A program made the translations under genes and the position numbers. 64,000 bases of DNA from an uncultured virus (IMG/VR IMGVR_UViG_3300008459_007659) (taxonomy: Duplodnaviria; Heunggongvirae; Uroviricota; Caudoviricetes). Location of the stretch: the IMG/VR virus record IMGVR_UViG_3300008459_007659, positions 1 through 64,000 of that record; one strand, given 5' to 3'. Below, piece by piece: positions 31,258 to 40,833 of the stretch (positions within the stretch are counted from its first letter, which is position 1; the number at the start of each line of letters is the position of its first letter). Below the pieces are notes generated by a model, which made no database searches, was not told the origin of the DNA, and was given only the letters and a program-made list of their open reading frames with translations.

Positions 31258-34200
31258 ATGGCAAACATTAGAATTACCGATTTAGATTTAGTCCCATTTT
31301 CATCAATAACTGTTGATGACGTTTTTCCATTGGTAGATGTTAGTGGTAATACCACATATAAAATTAATTTAAATCAATTAAGTAATTATTTATCAGGATT
31401 TAATAACCGTTGGTACATTGAATCAGGTGAAACAATAACCGTAAGAACAAATACTCAAAGTTTTATATATAACGATTTAATTGTTTATGGTAATTTAGTT
31501 TTGGAAAATAACTCAAAACTATTTGTTGTTAATGGGAACATTGAACTTATAAGTGGGGGAACAATTTCAAATGATGGGGGAGATATAATTTTAATTGATT
31601 TACCTGAATTTGATACCAAAGTTACTGATTTTACATATAATGACAATGAATTTACTATATCAAATAATATTGGTAGTTCATATTCAGTTTCACTTAATGA
31701 AGTTACAGGTTTAACTGTAAACGGTAATTTTAGTGCAACAACAATAAGTGCGTCTACTATTGATTTGTGTGGTACAAATGGAATATTATTTACCGATACC
31801 ATATCAGGATGTTCCCCAATTAATATTTTAAGTTTTGCAATTTTTCACGAAGGGTTAAGTGCCAATACAATTTCTGCAATAACATATCAAAATTTACCTG
31901 ACAATGTTACTGGATTTTATTTACCATTAAGTGGAGGGACAGTTACTGGATCAACAACATTTACTAATGGATTATTGTCAAGTACAATCTCTGCAACAAC
32001 AATAAGTGGAGGTACTTTTTATGGTGATGGTAGTAACTTACTTGGTAGTATAACTGGTGGAACTAATTTAGGTGACGGATTACCAATTTTTAGTAACACT
32101 CAAAATAAAAATTTAGAATTTAACTCAATTACTGGAGACACCCTTGATAAAATTTCAACTACTCTTAATTCAAACAAAATTGAAATTGGGATAAATGAAC
32201 CTAATTTAGATATTTGGCCTTTAGTGGTAAAAGGAAGTAAGTTGTTAAATGGTGGTGTTTCATATATAAGCGGTTATACTTTTGAGGTAAGTCCTTTAGA
32301 ATATATAATTGGAGAAACTATATATTCAATAACATCGTCATCAACTGTTGTATTGAATTCGGGAGATAGTACATATGATAGGATTGATGTTATTATATCC
32401 GACGTTTTTGGGAATACATCTGTAATTCAAGGAACACCATCCTTAAATCCCGAAAAACCAAATATAGATGAATTAACCCAACTTGAAATTACATTTATAT
32501 TGGTACCAGCAAATAGTATTGAACCTGATATAACCACACTAATATTATATAATAATAATTTGGGGACACCAACGGAATGGACATTTGGTTCGGTTGGTTC
32601 ACAACCAACAAGAATAATTTCATCAGCAACTGAAGAAACTTACAGTGGATCAACATCTATTAGAGTTAGTGGTGTTACAGGTGCATTTACAACATCTTTT
32701 AGATTAACTGGATTAACTACTGTTGACACAACAAATTATTCTTCATTACAATTTGCAATAAGAAATTTATCCGCAAACACAACAACAACACAAATAAGAT
32801 TCAGATTTTTAACATCCACAGGTACTCAAAATGGTAGTGCTGTTTTTATGAATGCCGCGGGTTCTTCAAACTTTGTCCAATATAATAATACTAACACATC
32901 ATCATGGCAAGTAATATCAATACCTTTATGGAGATTTTATCTAACTAATAATTTTGCACAAATTTTAGAAGTATCATTCAATAGTCCTAATGCAAGATAT
33001 TATTTTGATTTAATCGAATTGTTAGAGGGTTATTCATCTTCCCCTCCTGTTAATTCTTGGACGGCAATAAAAGGTGATGGGACAACCACTATTACCGCAC
33101 CAAACCCAAATGCTACTTTAACAATTTCAGGTGGAACAAATATTAGTTCATCAATATCTGGTTCATCTACTGTTGTTCTAAACTTGGATAATAATATTTC
33201 ACTTAATAGTGTTAGTGCAACAACTATAAGTGGGGGAACATTTTATGGTGATGGTAGTAATCTTACAGGAATTGGTGGTGGAGATAACTTTTTACCATTA
33301 AGTGGTGGTACGGTAACAGGTGATACTATTTTTACACAAAATATTACTGCGAATACCGTTAATAGTTTAAGGTTAGGTATTGGTGGTGGAAACATAAATT
33401 CTAATATTTCGTTGGGAACAAATTCACTCCAATCTAATACTACAGGATTTGAAAACATTTCTTTTGGTAATCAATCACTCCAAAACAATACAACAGGTGT
33501 TAGAAATATTGCAATTGGTTCAAATACTTTACAAGCTAACATAACAGGAAATTACAACGTATCATTGGGTAGATATTCACTCCGATGCAATACAACAGGT
33601 AGTAACAACGTATCATTGGGTAGATATTCACTCCGATGGAATACAACGGGTAGTAACAACGTATCATTGGGTGCGTGTTCACTCCTTTGTAACAGTACAG
33701 GTACTGCAAATATTGCGTTGGGTCAAAGTTCACTCCAACGTAACACAACAGGTTACCGAAACGTATCATTAGGTAGTTATTCACTCTATTCTAACACAAC
33801 AGGAACTAACAATGTATCGTTGGGTGCAAATTCACTCATATCCAATATCTCAGGATGTTTAAACGTGAGTATAGGTACAAATTCACTCCTATCTAACACA
33901 ACAGGAGGTAGTAACATATCGATGGGTTTTCAATCACTCCGTAACAACACAACAGGAACTAACAACATATCGTTAGGTGGGTGTTCACTTTATTGTAACA
34001 GTATAGGATGTAACAACGTATCATTGGGTAGATATTCACTCCAACGTAACACAACAGGAAATAATAACGTTGCGTTGGGTTACTCCTCACTCCGATGTAA
34101 CACAACAGGATTATACAACGTATCGTTGGGTCAAAATTCACTCCGATTAAACACAACAGGATGTAACAACGTATCGTTGGGATCAAGCTCACTCCAAAAT

Positions 34201-35799
34201 AATACAACAGGTAATCACAACATATCATTGGGTTCAGGTTCACTCCTATCCAATATTTCAGGATGTTACAACGTATCGTTAGGTCAAAGTTCACTACTAA
34301 ACAACACCACAGGATGTAACAACGTATCGTTGGGTAATTGCTCACTCCGAGGTAACACAACAGGATGTAACAACGTATCGTTAGGTTTGTGTTCACTCCG
34401 AGCAAACACTACAGGTAATGGAAATATTGCGTTAGGACAAGTTTCATTATTTAGTAATACAACTGGTTATCGTAATATTGGTTTAGGTGTAAGTTTAGTT
34501 GCAAATACCACAGGGTCTAATAATATAGCCCTTGGGGATAATGCATTAGCCTTTAACACAACAGGAAATGGTAATATTGCATTGGGATCAAGATCTTTAA
34601 GAAGTAATACAACAGGGTTTTACAACGTCTCTATTGGTTGCGGTGCAATGTATTGTAGTACAACTAGTAATTTTAATACCGCAATAGGTTTTAGATCGTT
34701 ATTTTGTAACACAACAGGTACTCGTAATGTTGGGATTGGTCAACAAACACTTTACGATAATACTACAGGTAATGATAATGTTGCGTTAGGGTATAGAATT
34801 TTAAGACGTAACACAACAGGATGTAACAACGTATCGTTAGGTTCTCTTTCACTATATGGTAATACAGTAGGAAATTACAACGTAGCGTTAGGACAATCTG
34901 CTTTACGTTGTAATACTTCAGGTACAACTAATGTTGGAATTGGGAGGTGTTCTTTGTGTTTAAATACAACAGGTTCTTACAACGTAGCGTTGGGTCAAAA
35001 TTCACTCCGATCAAACACAACAGGATGTCTTAATGTTGCGTTGGGATCATGTTCACTCCAAAACAACACAACAGGATGTTTTAATGTTGCTTTAGGTTTA
35101 AGTTCACTCCGATTAAACACAACAGGATGTAACAACGTATCGTTGGGACAACTTTCGCTCTTTTCTAACACAACAGGAGCATACAACGTATCGTTGGGTA
35201 CAGGTTCACTAAACACTAACACAACAGGATGTAACAACGTATCGTTGGGTAATCGTTCATTAAACTTTAACACAACAGGTTCTGACAACGTATCGTTGGG
35301 TAATCGTTCACTCCAATGTAATATTAATGGTGGATCAAATGTATCAATAGGAAGGTATTCATTACAATGTAACACTTCGGGAACTTTAAATGTTTCTATA
35401 GGAGAAAGGTCAATGAGAAATAATACAACATCTAATTTTAACATTGCAATGGGTTATAACTCACTTTTTAGTAATTTATCAGGTAATACTAATATAAGTT
35501 TGGGTGTACAATCTTTATTTAGTAATAATGTTGGGGCGTGTAATATTGCAATAGGATTTAAAAGTGCTTGTATTAATACTTCAGGAAATACAAACGTTGT
35601 TATAGGATGTGAAGCACAAACGGGTGATTTTTCTAATTCGGTAATATTAGGTAATAGTGCCACTGCGGGTAATAATAATGAATTTGTGGTAGGTAGTTCA
35701 GGAACTCCTTTAGGAACAATAACAACCGAATCGTGCACATCAAGTAAAACATGGCAGATAAGAGTCAATGGTAACTTATATAAATTACTATTGGCTTAA
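31258..35799 (+). CDS. Long tail fibre/adhesin with CBM-like domain and ~43 17-aa beta-solenoid repeats
   Basis: LPLSGGTVTG and TISGGTFYGDGSNL fibre motifs (each twice); NxxLGxxSLxxNTTG repeats resembling YadA-like head repeats. Confidence 0.75.
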   Translation: MANIRITDLDLVPFSSITVDDVFPLVDVSGNTTYKINLNQLSNYLSGFNNRWYIESGETITVRTNTQSFIYNDLIVYGNLVLENNSKLFVVNGNIELISGGTISNDGGDIILIDLPEFDTKVTDFTYNDNEFTISNNIGSSYSVSLNEVTGLTVNGNFSATTISASTIDLCGTNGILFTDTISGCSPINILSFAIFHEGLSANTISAITYQNLPDNVTGFYLPLSGGTVTGSTTFTNGLLSSTISATTISGGTFYGDGSNLLGSITGGTNLGDGLPIFSNTQNKNLEFNSITGDTLDKISTTLNSNKIEIGINEPNLDIWPLVVKGSKLLNGGVSYISGYTFEVSPLEYIIGETIYSITSSSTVVLNSGDSTYDRIDVIISDVFGNTSVIQGTPSLNPEKPNIDELTQLEITFILVPANSIEPDITTLILYNNNLGTPTEWTFGSVGSQPTRIISSATEETYSGSTSIRVSGVTGAFTTSFRLTGLTTVDTTNYSSLQFAIRNLSANTTTTQIRFRFLTSTGTQNGSAVFMNAAGSSNFVQYNNTNTSSWQVISIPLWRFYLTNNFAQILEVSFNSPNARYYFDLIELLEGYSSSPPVNSWTAIKGDGTTTITAPNPNATLTISGGTNISSSISGSSTVVLNLDNNISLNSVSATTISGGTFYGDGSNLTGIGGGDNFLPLSGGTVTGDTIFTQNITANTVNSLRLGIGGGNINSNISLGTNSLQSNTTGFENISFGNQSLQNNTTGVRNIAIGSNTLQANITGNYNVSLGRYSLRCNTTGSNNVSLGRYSLRWNTTGSNNVSLGACSLLCNSTGTANIALGQSSLQRNTTGYRNVSLGSYSLYSNTTGTNNVSLGANSLISNISGCLNVSIGTNSLLSNTTGGSNISMGFQSLRNNTTGTNNISLGGCSLYCNSIGCNNVSLGRYSLQRNTTGNNNVALGYSSLRCNTTGLYNVSLGQNSLRLNTTGCNNVSLGSSSLQNNTTGNHNISLGSGSLLSNISGCYNVSLGQSSLLNNTTGCNNVSLGNCSLRGNTTGCNNVSLGLCSLRANTTGNGNIALGQVSLFSNTTGYRNIGLGVSLVANTTGSNNIALGDNALAFNTTGNGNIALGSRSLRSNTTGFYNVSIGCGAMYCSTTSNFNTAIGFRSLFCNTTGTRNVGIGQQTLYDNTTGNDNVALGYRILRRNTTGCNNVSLGSLSLYGNTVGNYNVALGQSALRCNTSGTTNVGIGRCSLCLNTTGSYNVALGQNSLRSNTTGCLNVALGSCSLQNNTTGCFNVALGLSSLRLNTTGCNNVSLGQLSLFSNTTGAYNVSLGTGSLNTNTTGCNNVSLGNRSLNFNTTGSDNVSLGNRSLQCNINGGSNVSIGRYSLQCNTSGTLNVSIGERSMRNNTTSNFNIAMGYNSLFSNLSGNTNISLGVQSLFSNNVGACNIAIGFKSACINTSGNTNVVIGCEAQTGDFSNSVILGNSATAGNNNEFVVGSSGTPLGTITTESCTSSKTWQIRVNGNLYKLLLA
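33400..35600 (+). repeat. 51-nt coding tandem repeat, about 43 units
   Basis: Consensus aacacaacagga-N6-aacgtatcgttgggt-N6-tcactc-N6. Confidence 0.92.
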
Positions 35800-35840
35800 A
35801 ATATTTTATGTTTATGTTTTAGTTAAATTAATAATATAAC

Positions 35841-36662
35841 ATGGTACAAAAAATTTTTTTTAACGCATCACTACCGAGAGCAGGATCAACATTACTGCAA
35901 AATATTCTAATGCAAAATCCTGATATTTATTCCACACCAACTTCTGGTGTTATAGAATTATTATCAACCGCAAGAACATTATATTCTAATGGAGATGCGT
36001 TTAAGGCTCAAGATTCTGAAACTATGAAATCAGGATTTAAAAATTTTTGTAACAAAGGTTTTTTTGGGTTTTATGATGGTGTTACTAATAGACCTTATGT
36101 TATGGAAAAAAGTAGAGGTTGGCTTGGATACCAAGATTTTGTTGAATTTTTTATGGATGAAAAACCTAAAATAATTTGTATGGTTCGTGATTTGAGATCA
36201 ATATTTTCATCAATGGAAAAAAATTATAGAAAAAATCCTGATAAAGATCCAAACATTGTTAATACTGTTGAATTAAAAAATATGACAACAACATCAAGGA
36301 TAGATCATTACTCAATTTCTCCCCCAATCGGACCATCATTAGAATGGTTATCGGAGACATTCCAAAGAAAACAAAATAAAGATATACTTTTTATCCGATT
36401 TGAGGATTTAACATCAAATCCTGATACTGAACTTAAAAAGATTTACAACTATTTAGAATTACCTTACTACCAACATGATTTTAATAATGTACAACAACTT
36501 ACATTTGAGAATGATATAATCCATGGGATTTTTGGTGATCACCAAATTAAATCTCAGGTAAAACCTGTTAAAGATGATTACGTTGATATATTAAGTCAAG
36601 AAAATTGTGATAGATTAAGACAACATTATGATTGGTTTTTTAGGACATTTAACTATTTATAA
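35841..36662 (+). CDS. PAPS-dependent sulfotransferase (RaxST/Sulfotransfer_3-like), copy 1
   Basis: LPRAGSTLL (5'-PSB loop), KSRGW, VRDLRSIFSS (3'-PB), RFEDL, HDFNNV. Confidence 0.85.
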   Translation: MVQKIFFNASLPRAGSTLLQNILMQNPDIYSTPTSGVIELLSTARTLYSNGDAFKAQDSETMKSGFKNFCNKGFFGFYDGVTNRPYVMEKSRGWLGYQDFVEFFMDEKPKIICMVRDLRSIFSSMEKNYRKNPDKDPNIVNTVELKNMTTTSRIDHYSISPPIGPSLEWLSETFQRKQNKDILFIRFEDLTSNPDTELKKIYNYLELPYYQHDFNNVQQLTFENDIIHGIFGDHQIKSQVKPVKDDYVDILSQENCDRLRQHYDWFFRTFNYL

Positions 36663-36689
36663 TATATAAAAAATTAAAAATATAATAAA

Positions 36690-36932
36690 ATGGAAGAAAA
36701 TATAACACAAGAGCAAATCCAAAACAGTATCAACGCCGCGTTTGACTCCGTTAATTTAATAAATCAAATGTTAACGTCAGAAAAAACTGATGAAAACAAA
36801 AATACTGTAAAAAGAAATTTTGAACATTTGGAAATAATGTTATCAAAAGATTGGTTTTTAACAAATTTAACTGAACAACAAAAAACGGATATTGATTCTT
36901 CAATTGAAGATGGTAAATTGTTTATTTTGTAA
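36690..36932 (+). CDS. Small fibre-associated protein (possible assembly chaperone)
   Basis: 80 aa, helical, DSVNLI...RNFEHLEIM; located after the fibre gene. Confidence 0.4.
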   Translation: MEENITQEQIQNSINAAFDSVNLINQMLTSEKTDENKNTVKRNFEHLEIMLSKDWFLTNLTEQQKTDIDSSIEDGKLFIL

Positions 36933-36955
36933 TACTATAAATTATATTTTTTCTT

Positions 36956-37834
36956 ATGGAAGAAAAATATTTGGTTTGGCACATTGAGGGTGGTTTAGGT
37001 AAAAATATTGCGGCAACGGCATTATTAAATTCATTAAAAGAAAAATACAATGATAGAAAAATTGTTGTAGTTGCATCTTATCCCGAAATATTTTTAAACT
37101 TACCATCGGTATATAGGGTATACAAATTAGGTTCTACTCAGTATTTTTATGATGATTATATTAAAGATAAAGATACTATAGTTTTTAAACATGAACCATA
37201 TTATGAAACACAACATATATTGAAACAAAAACATTTGATTTCAAATTGGTGTAACATAATGGGAATAGATTATAATTTTCAATTACCAACTTTAAATTTT
37301 AATTTTGTTCAACAAAGGAATGTACTTTCATGGGAAAGAAGTAAACCTATTTTGGTGATTCAAACAAATGGAGGACATCTTCAGAGTAATCAATCTTATT
37401 CTTGGACAAGAGATTTGCCTTATATGATAACTTCTCAAATTGCAGAAAAATATAAAGAGACTCATCACATCATACAAGTATGTAAACCAAATTCAATAAA
37501 ATTACCAAACGCAGAAATTATTGATTATCAAATTCAATCAATGGATTTGTTTGGATTACTTATTGCAAGTGATAAAAGAATTCTAATTGATTCTTGTTTG
37601 CAACACGCATCCGCCGCACTTAATTTACCATCTACTGTGTTTTGGATTGGTACGTCACCTAAAAACTTTGGTTATTCATTACATAATAATATTATTGCTA
37701 ATCAACCAACCGATACCACAAAATTAATTGATGGTTATCTTTTTGACTATTCTTTTGACGGAATAAGTCACGAATGTCCTTATTATAGTTTGGAAGAAAT
37801 GTTTGACATACCAAATATCTTGGAAAAGATATAA
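36956..37834 (+). CDS. GT9-like (heptosyltransferase-fold) glycosyltransferase, copy 1
   Basis: GGLGKNI, IDSCLQHASAALNLPSTVFW. Confidence 0.7.
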   Translation: MEEKYLVWHIEGGLGKNIAATALLNSLKEKYNDRKIVVVASYPEIFLNLPSVYRVYKLGSTQYFYDDYIKDKDTIVFKHEPYYETQHILKQKHLISNWCNIMGIDYNFQLPTLNFNFVQQRNVLSWERSKPILVIQTNGGHLQSNQSYSWTRDLPYMITSQIAEKYKETHHIIQVCKPNSIKLPNAEIIDYQIQSMDLFGLLIASDKRILIDSCLQHASAALNLPSTVFWIGTSPKNFGYSLHNNIIANQPTDTTKLIDGYLFDYSFDGISHECPYYSLEEMFDIPNILEKI

Positions 37835-37931
37835 CCCGTTAAAAATCATTTTTTTATTTACTTTTTAAAATTAATTTCTGTATCTATCAGACAATTCTCT
37901 ATTGGATAGATATTTATTGTAAAAACTAATA

Positions 37932-40811
37932 ATGGGAAAAATAATTCTTAAAAGTAATGGTGTTGAGACACAAATAATCAACGTAACCGATTTTACCGCA
38001 TTAAGTGGAGAATCAAATGTTTACGTTTTAGGTATTAACGATAACGGAGATGTTTTAGAACAATTTAATCCTGATGGTTCAGTAATCAAATTTGATAACA
38101 GTGGTGATAAAATCACTCAAGGAGTTTATAACGATAATACAGGAACTTTAACACTTACCGATTTAACAGGTGGAACTTTAACCGTTACAGGTTTTACAAC
38201 AGGATCAACTGAAATATACATAACAGGTGGTACATATTCCGCAAATACTATAACTTTTACAAATAATACGGGAGGAACATTTAATGTTACAGGTATTACA
38301 TCTGTATATGAAGTAGGTTCAGGAAGTAGTTCCGTCCAATTAGTGGGTGTTAGTGGTTCGGCAATTGGGGATTATTCTGTAGTAAGTGGAGGATTTAATA
38401 ATACAACTTTTGGTGACTGCTCAAGTATTGTCGGGGGTTCAAATAACCTAATAACTGGACCAACAGGAATTGTGAATTCAACGTATAACGGGATATATAG
38501 TGGGAGTACATTTAGTGGTTATTATGGAAGTTATTCACCATCATCAACATTATCAGGTTTAGGAACTGGTGCAACATTCTCATTTTATTTTAACCCACCA
38601 GGAACATTAAGTAATGTTTATGTTAATAATAACGGTAAGAATTACATTAATAATGATACTGTAACAGTACTTGGAAATGTCTTTGGCGGAACAATAGGAA
38701 CAGATAATGTTACATTCCAAATTGGAACAGTTAATGCTCCGTCTAATAGTTTTATTGGTAGTGGGGAATTTAATACAATTTCAGCATACTACGGTTGTTC
38801 TGTAATTGTCGGTGGTGAAAATAATAGAACTTACGATGGTTATGATTCTGTTAAAAATAACTTTATTGGTGGGGGATGTAATAATACTTCTAGTGGATAC
38901 TTCTCAACGGTTGTTGCGGGTAGAAACAATTGTTCTTTTGGTGATTGTGCCTTTGTTGGTGGTGGTTGTGGAAACCGAGCATATAGTAGATCAACAATCG
39001 CTGGTGGTAGAAGAAATACCGCAGGTATATCAGGAGGAGTTAATTCTGTAAATATTTTGGGTTCTTACACAGGTACTGGAGTTTCTCAAGGAACATATAG
39101 TGTTTATACAAATAATGTTATAAGTTCAGGAATTGGTTTAAGTTTATTAATTACTTTTGATAATTCTGGTGTTACTACAAATACCCAAGTTGAAAATAAT
39201 GGTAACTTATATAACACTTCCGATCAAGTTATTGTTCCAGGAAATTTATTTAATGGTGGAACATCACCATTAAATGATATTATTTATGAGATTACTGGTA
39301 CATTTACAAATTCTTACGCATCAATTATTGGTGGTTGTGGAAACAGATCTATTGGTGAGTATTCAACCATAAGTGGTGGTTATCGTAATACCGCATCAGG
39401 ATATGTATCAACAATAAGTGGTGGTTATTGTAATACCGCATCATCACAATACACGGTAATTGCTGGTGGTTGTTGTAATGAATCAAGAAAAAATTCATCA
39501 ACAGTAAGTGGTGGTAGAAGTAATACAGTTGATAACGAATACGATACAATTGGTGGTGGATATAGAAATACAACATTAGTTAGTGGAAGTGCTTGTGGGG
39601 TATCAACAATAAGTGGTGGATACCTTAATACATCTGGAAACTATTATACATTTAATGGTGGTGGTTGTAATAATAAAACTTTAGGGGAATACTCATCAAT
39701 CGTTGGGGGTTGTAATAACCAAATTCTTTCAGGTTTTGTTGATGGTGTGAATTTTAATGCGGGTGATGCTTCCTCAATACCTAATAACACATACACCGTT
39801 AATCCTACAAATATTAGTGGTTATGGTGACGGACTTCAAATAAGTTTTGATGTAAATAGTGGTGTAGTAAGTAATATTAGTATATTAAATCCTGGTATAA
39901 GATATGAAAGTGGGAATCAAGTTTTAGTTCTTGGGACTAGTATTGGTGGTTCATCGGCAAACGATTTAACATTTGATATATCAAATGTTAAATCATCAAA
40001 TCATTCATTTATTGGTGGTGGTAGAGAAAATACAACATTAAGTGATTGTTCAACCATAAGTGGAGGTTATGAGAACACTGTCAGCGGAAATTACGGATCT
40101 ATAGGTGGTGGAGCAAACAATACAATATCAACATATTCTGATTACGCAACAATCGGTGGAGGTGACGACAATACAATATTATCGGGTGAAGCACCAACAA
40201 TATCAGGTGGTGAAAACAATACAGTTAGTGGTCGTTATTCAACCGTTGGGGGTGGTAATTACAATGTAATAGAATCAATAACATCAAGTAATTATACTCA
40301 ATACGCATCAACAATTGGTGGAGGTTCTTGTAATACAATTTCATCATATAGTGGGTACTATGATATGTATGGTAATACAATTGCTGGTGGTACTTGTAAT
40401 ACAACGGTATCTTCAGAATACAACGGACAAACCATTAGTGGGGGATATAGGAATATAACAATGTCTAAATTCTCAACAGTTGGCGGTGGGTGTAACAACA
40501 CATCAAGTGGTGATTATTCATTTATTGGTGGTGGTAGAAGTAACACATCAAGTAGTAATTACTCTATGATTCTTGGTGGTAATTCTAACACGACAATTGG
40601 TATAAGAAGTGCGGTTGTTGGTGGACAAAACATTATTGCAACAGATGATGATATGGTTTATATGGCAAATGCCAATATTCAGTCATCCGGATATATTTAT
40701 TTTGGAGATGTGAACACAGACGGATCTTGGAGAATGAGAATATCTGGTACAACATTTATAATAGAAAAAAGAGTTGGTGGTTCTTGGGTAACATCAGGAA
40801 CATTTGTATAA
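37932..40811 (+). CDS. Fibre/adhesin with Gly-Gly beta-solenoid repeats and 3 inserted modules
   Basis: ~15-aa S[TS]I[SG]GGxxN[TR]xSG repeats; C-terminal DGSWR..ISG...EKRV.G.W. Confidence 0.7.
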   Translation: MGKIILKSNGVETQIINVTDFTALSGESNVYVLGINDNGDVLEQFNPDGSVIKFDNSGDKITQGVYNDNTGTLTLTDLTGGTLTVTGFTTGSTEIYITGGTYSANTITFTNNTGGTFNVTGITSVYEVGSGSSSVQLVGVSGSAIGDYSVVSGGFNNTTFGDCSSIVGGSNNLITGPTGIVNSTYNGIYSGSTFSGYYGSYSPSSTLSGLGTGATFSFYFNPPGTLSNVYVNNNGKNYINNDTVTVLGNVFGGTIGTDNVTFQIGTVNAPSNSFIGSGEFNTISAYYGCSVIVGGENNRTYDGYDSVKNNFIGGGCNNTSSGYFSTVVAGRNNCSFGDCAFVGGGCGNRAYSRSTIAGGRRNTAGISGGVNSVNILGSYTGTGVSQGTYSVYTNNVISSGIGLSLLITFDNSGVTTNTQVENNGNLYNTSDQVIVPGNLFNGGTSPLNDIIYEITGTFTNSYASIIGGCGNRSIGEYSTISGGYRNTASGYVSTISGGYCNTASSQYTVIAGGCCNESRKNSSTVSGGRSNTVDNEYDTIGGGYRNTTLVSGSACGVSTISGGYLNTSGNYYTFNGGGCNNKTLGEYSSIVGGCNNQILSGFVDGVNFNAGDASSIPNNTYTVNPTNISGYGDGLQISFDVNSGVVSNISILNPGIRYESGNQVLVLGTSIGGSSANDLTFDISNVKSSNHSFIGGGRENTTLSDCSTISGGYENTVSGNYGSIGGGANNTISTYSDYATIGGGDDNTILSGEAPTISGGENNTVSGRYSTVGGGNYNVIESITSSNYTQYASTIGGGSCNTISSYSGYYDMYGNTIAGGTCNTTVSSEYNGQTISGGYRNITMSKFSTVGGGCNNTSSGDYSFIGGGRSNTSSSNYSMILGGNSNTTIGIRSAVVGGQNIIATDDDMVYMANANIQSSGYIYFGDVNTDGSWRMRISGTTFIIEKRVGGSWVTSGTFV

Positions 40812-40833
40812 AAAATTAAAAAAAAAATAAAAT

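Noticed and set aside
33400..35600. CRISPR array or diversity-generating retroelement
   Set aside because: The repeats are in-frame coding units with only 6-nt variable windows; no cas or reverse transcriptase gene and no non-coding template repeat is visible
33400..35600. N-x-S/T sequons (NTT, NVS) in most repeats as evidence of N-glycosylation
   Set aside because: Asn ladders are structural in beta-solenoids, and no HMW1C/GT41 or oligosaccharyltransferase is recognisable here
33536..35768. Antisense ORFs within the fibre repeat region
   Set aside because: Shadow frames produced by the periodic repeat; no independent signals
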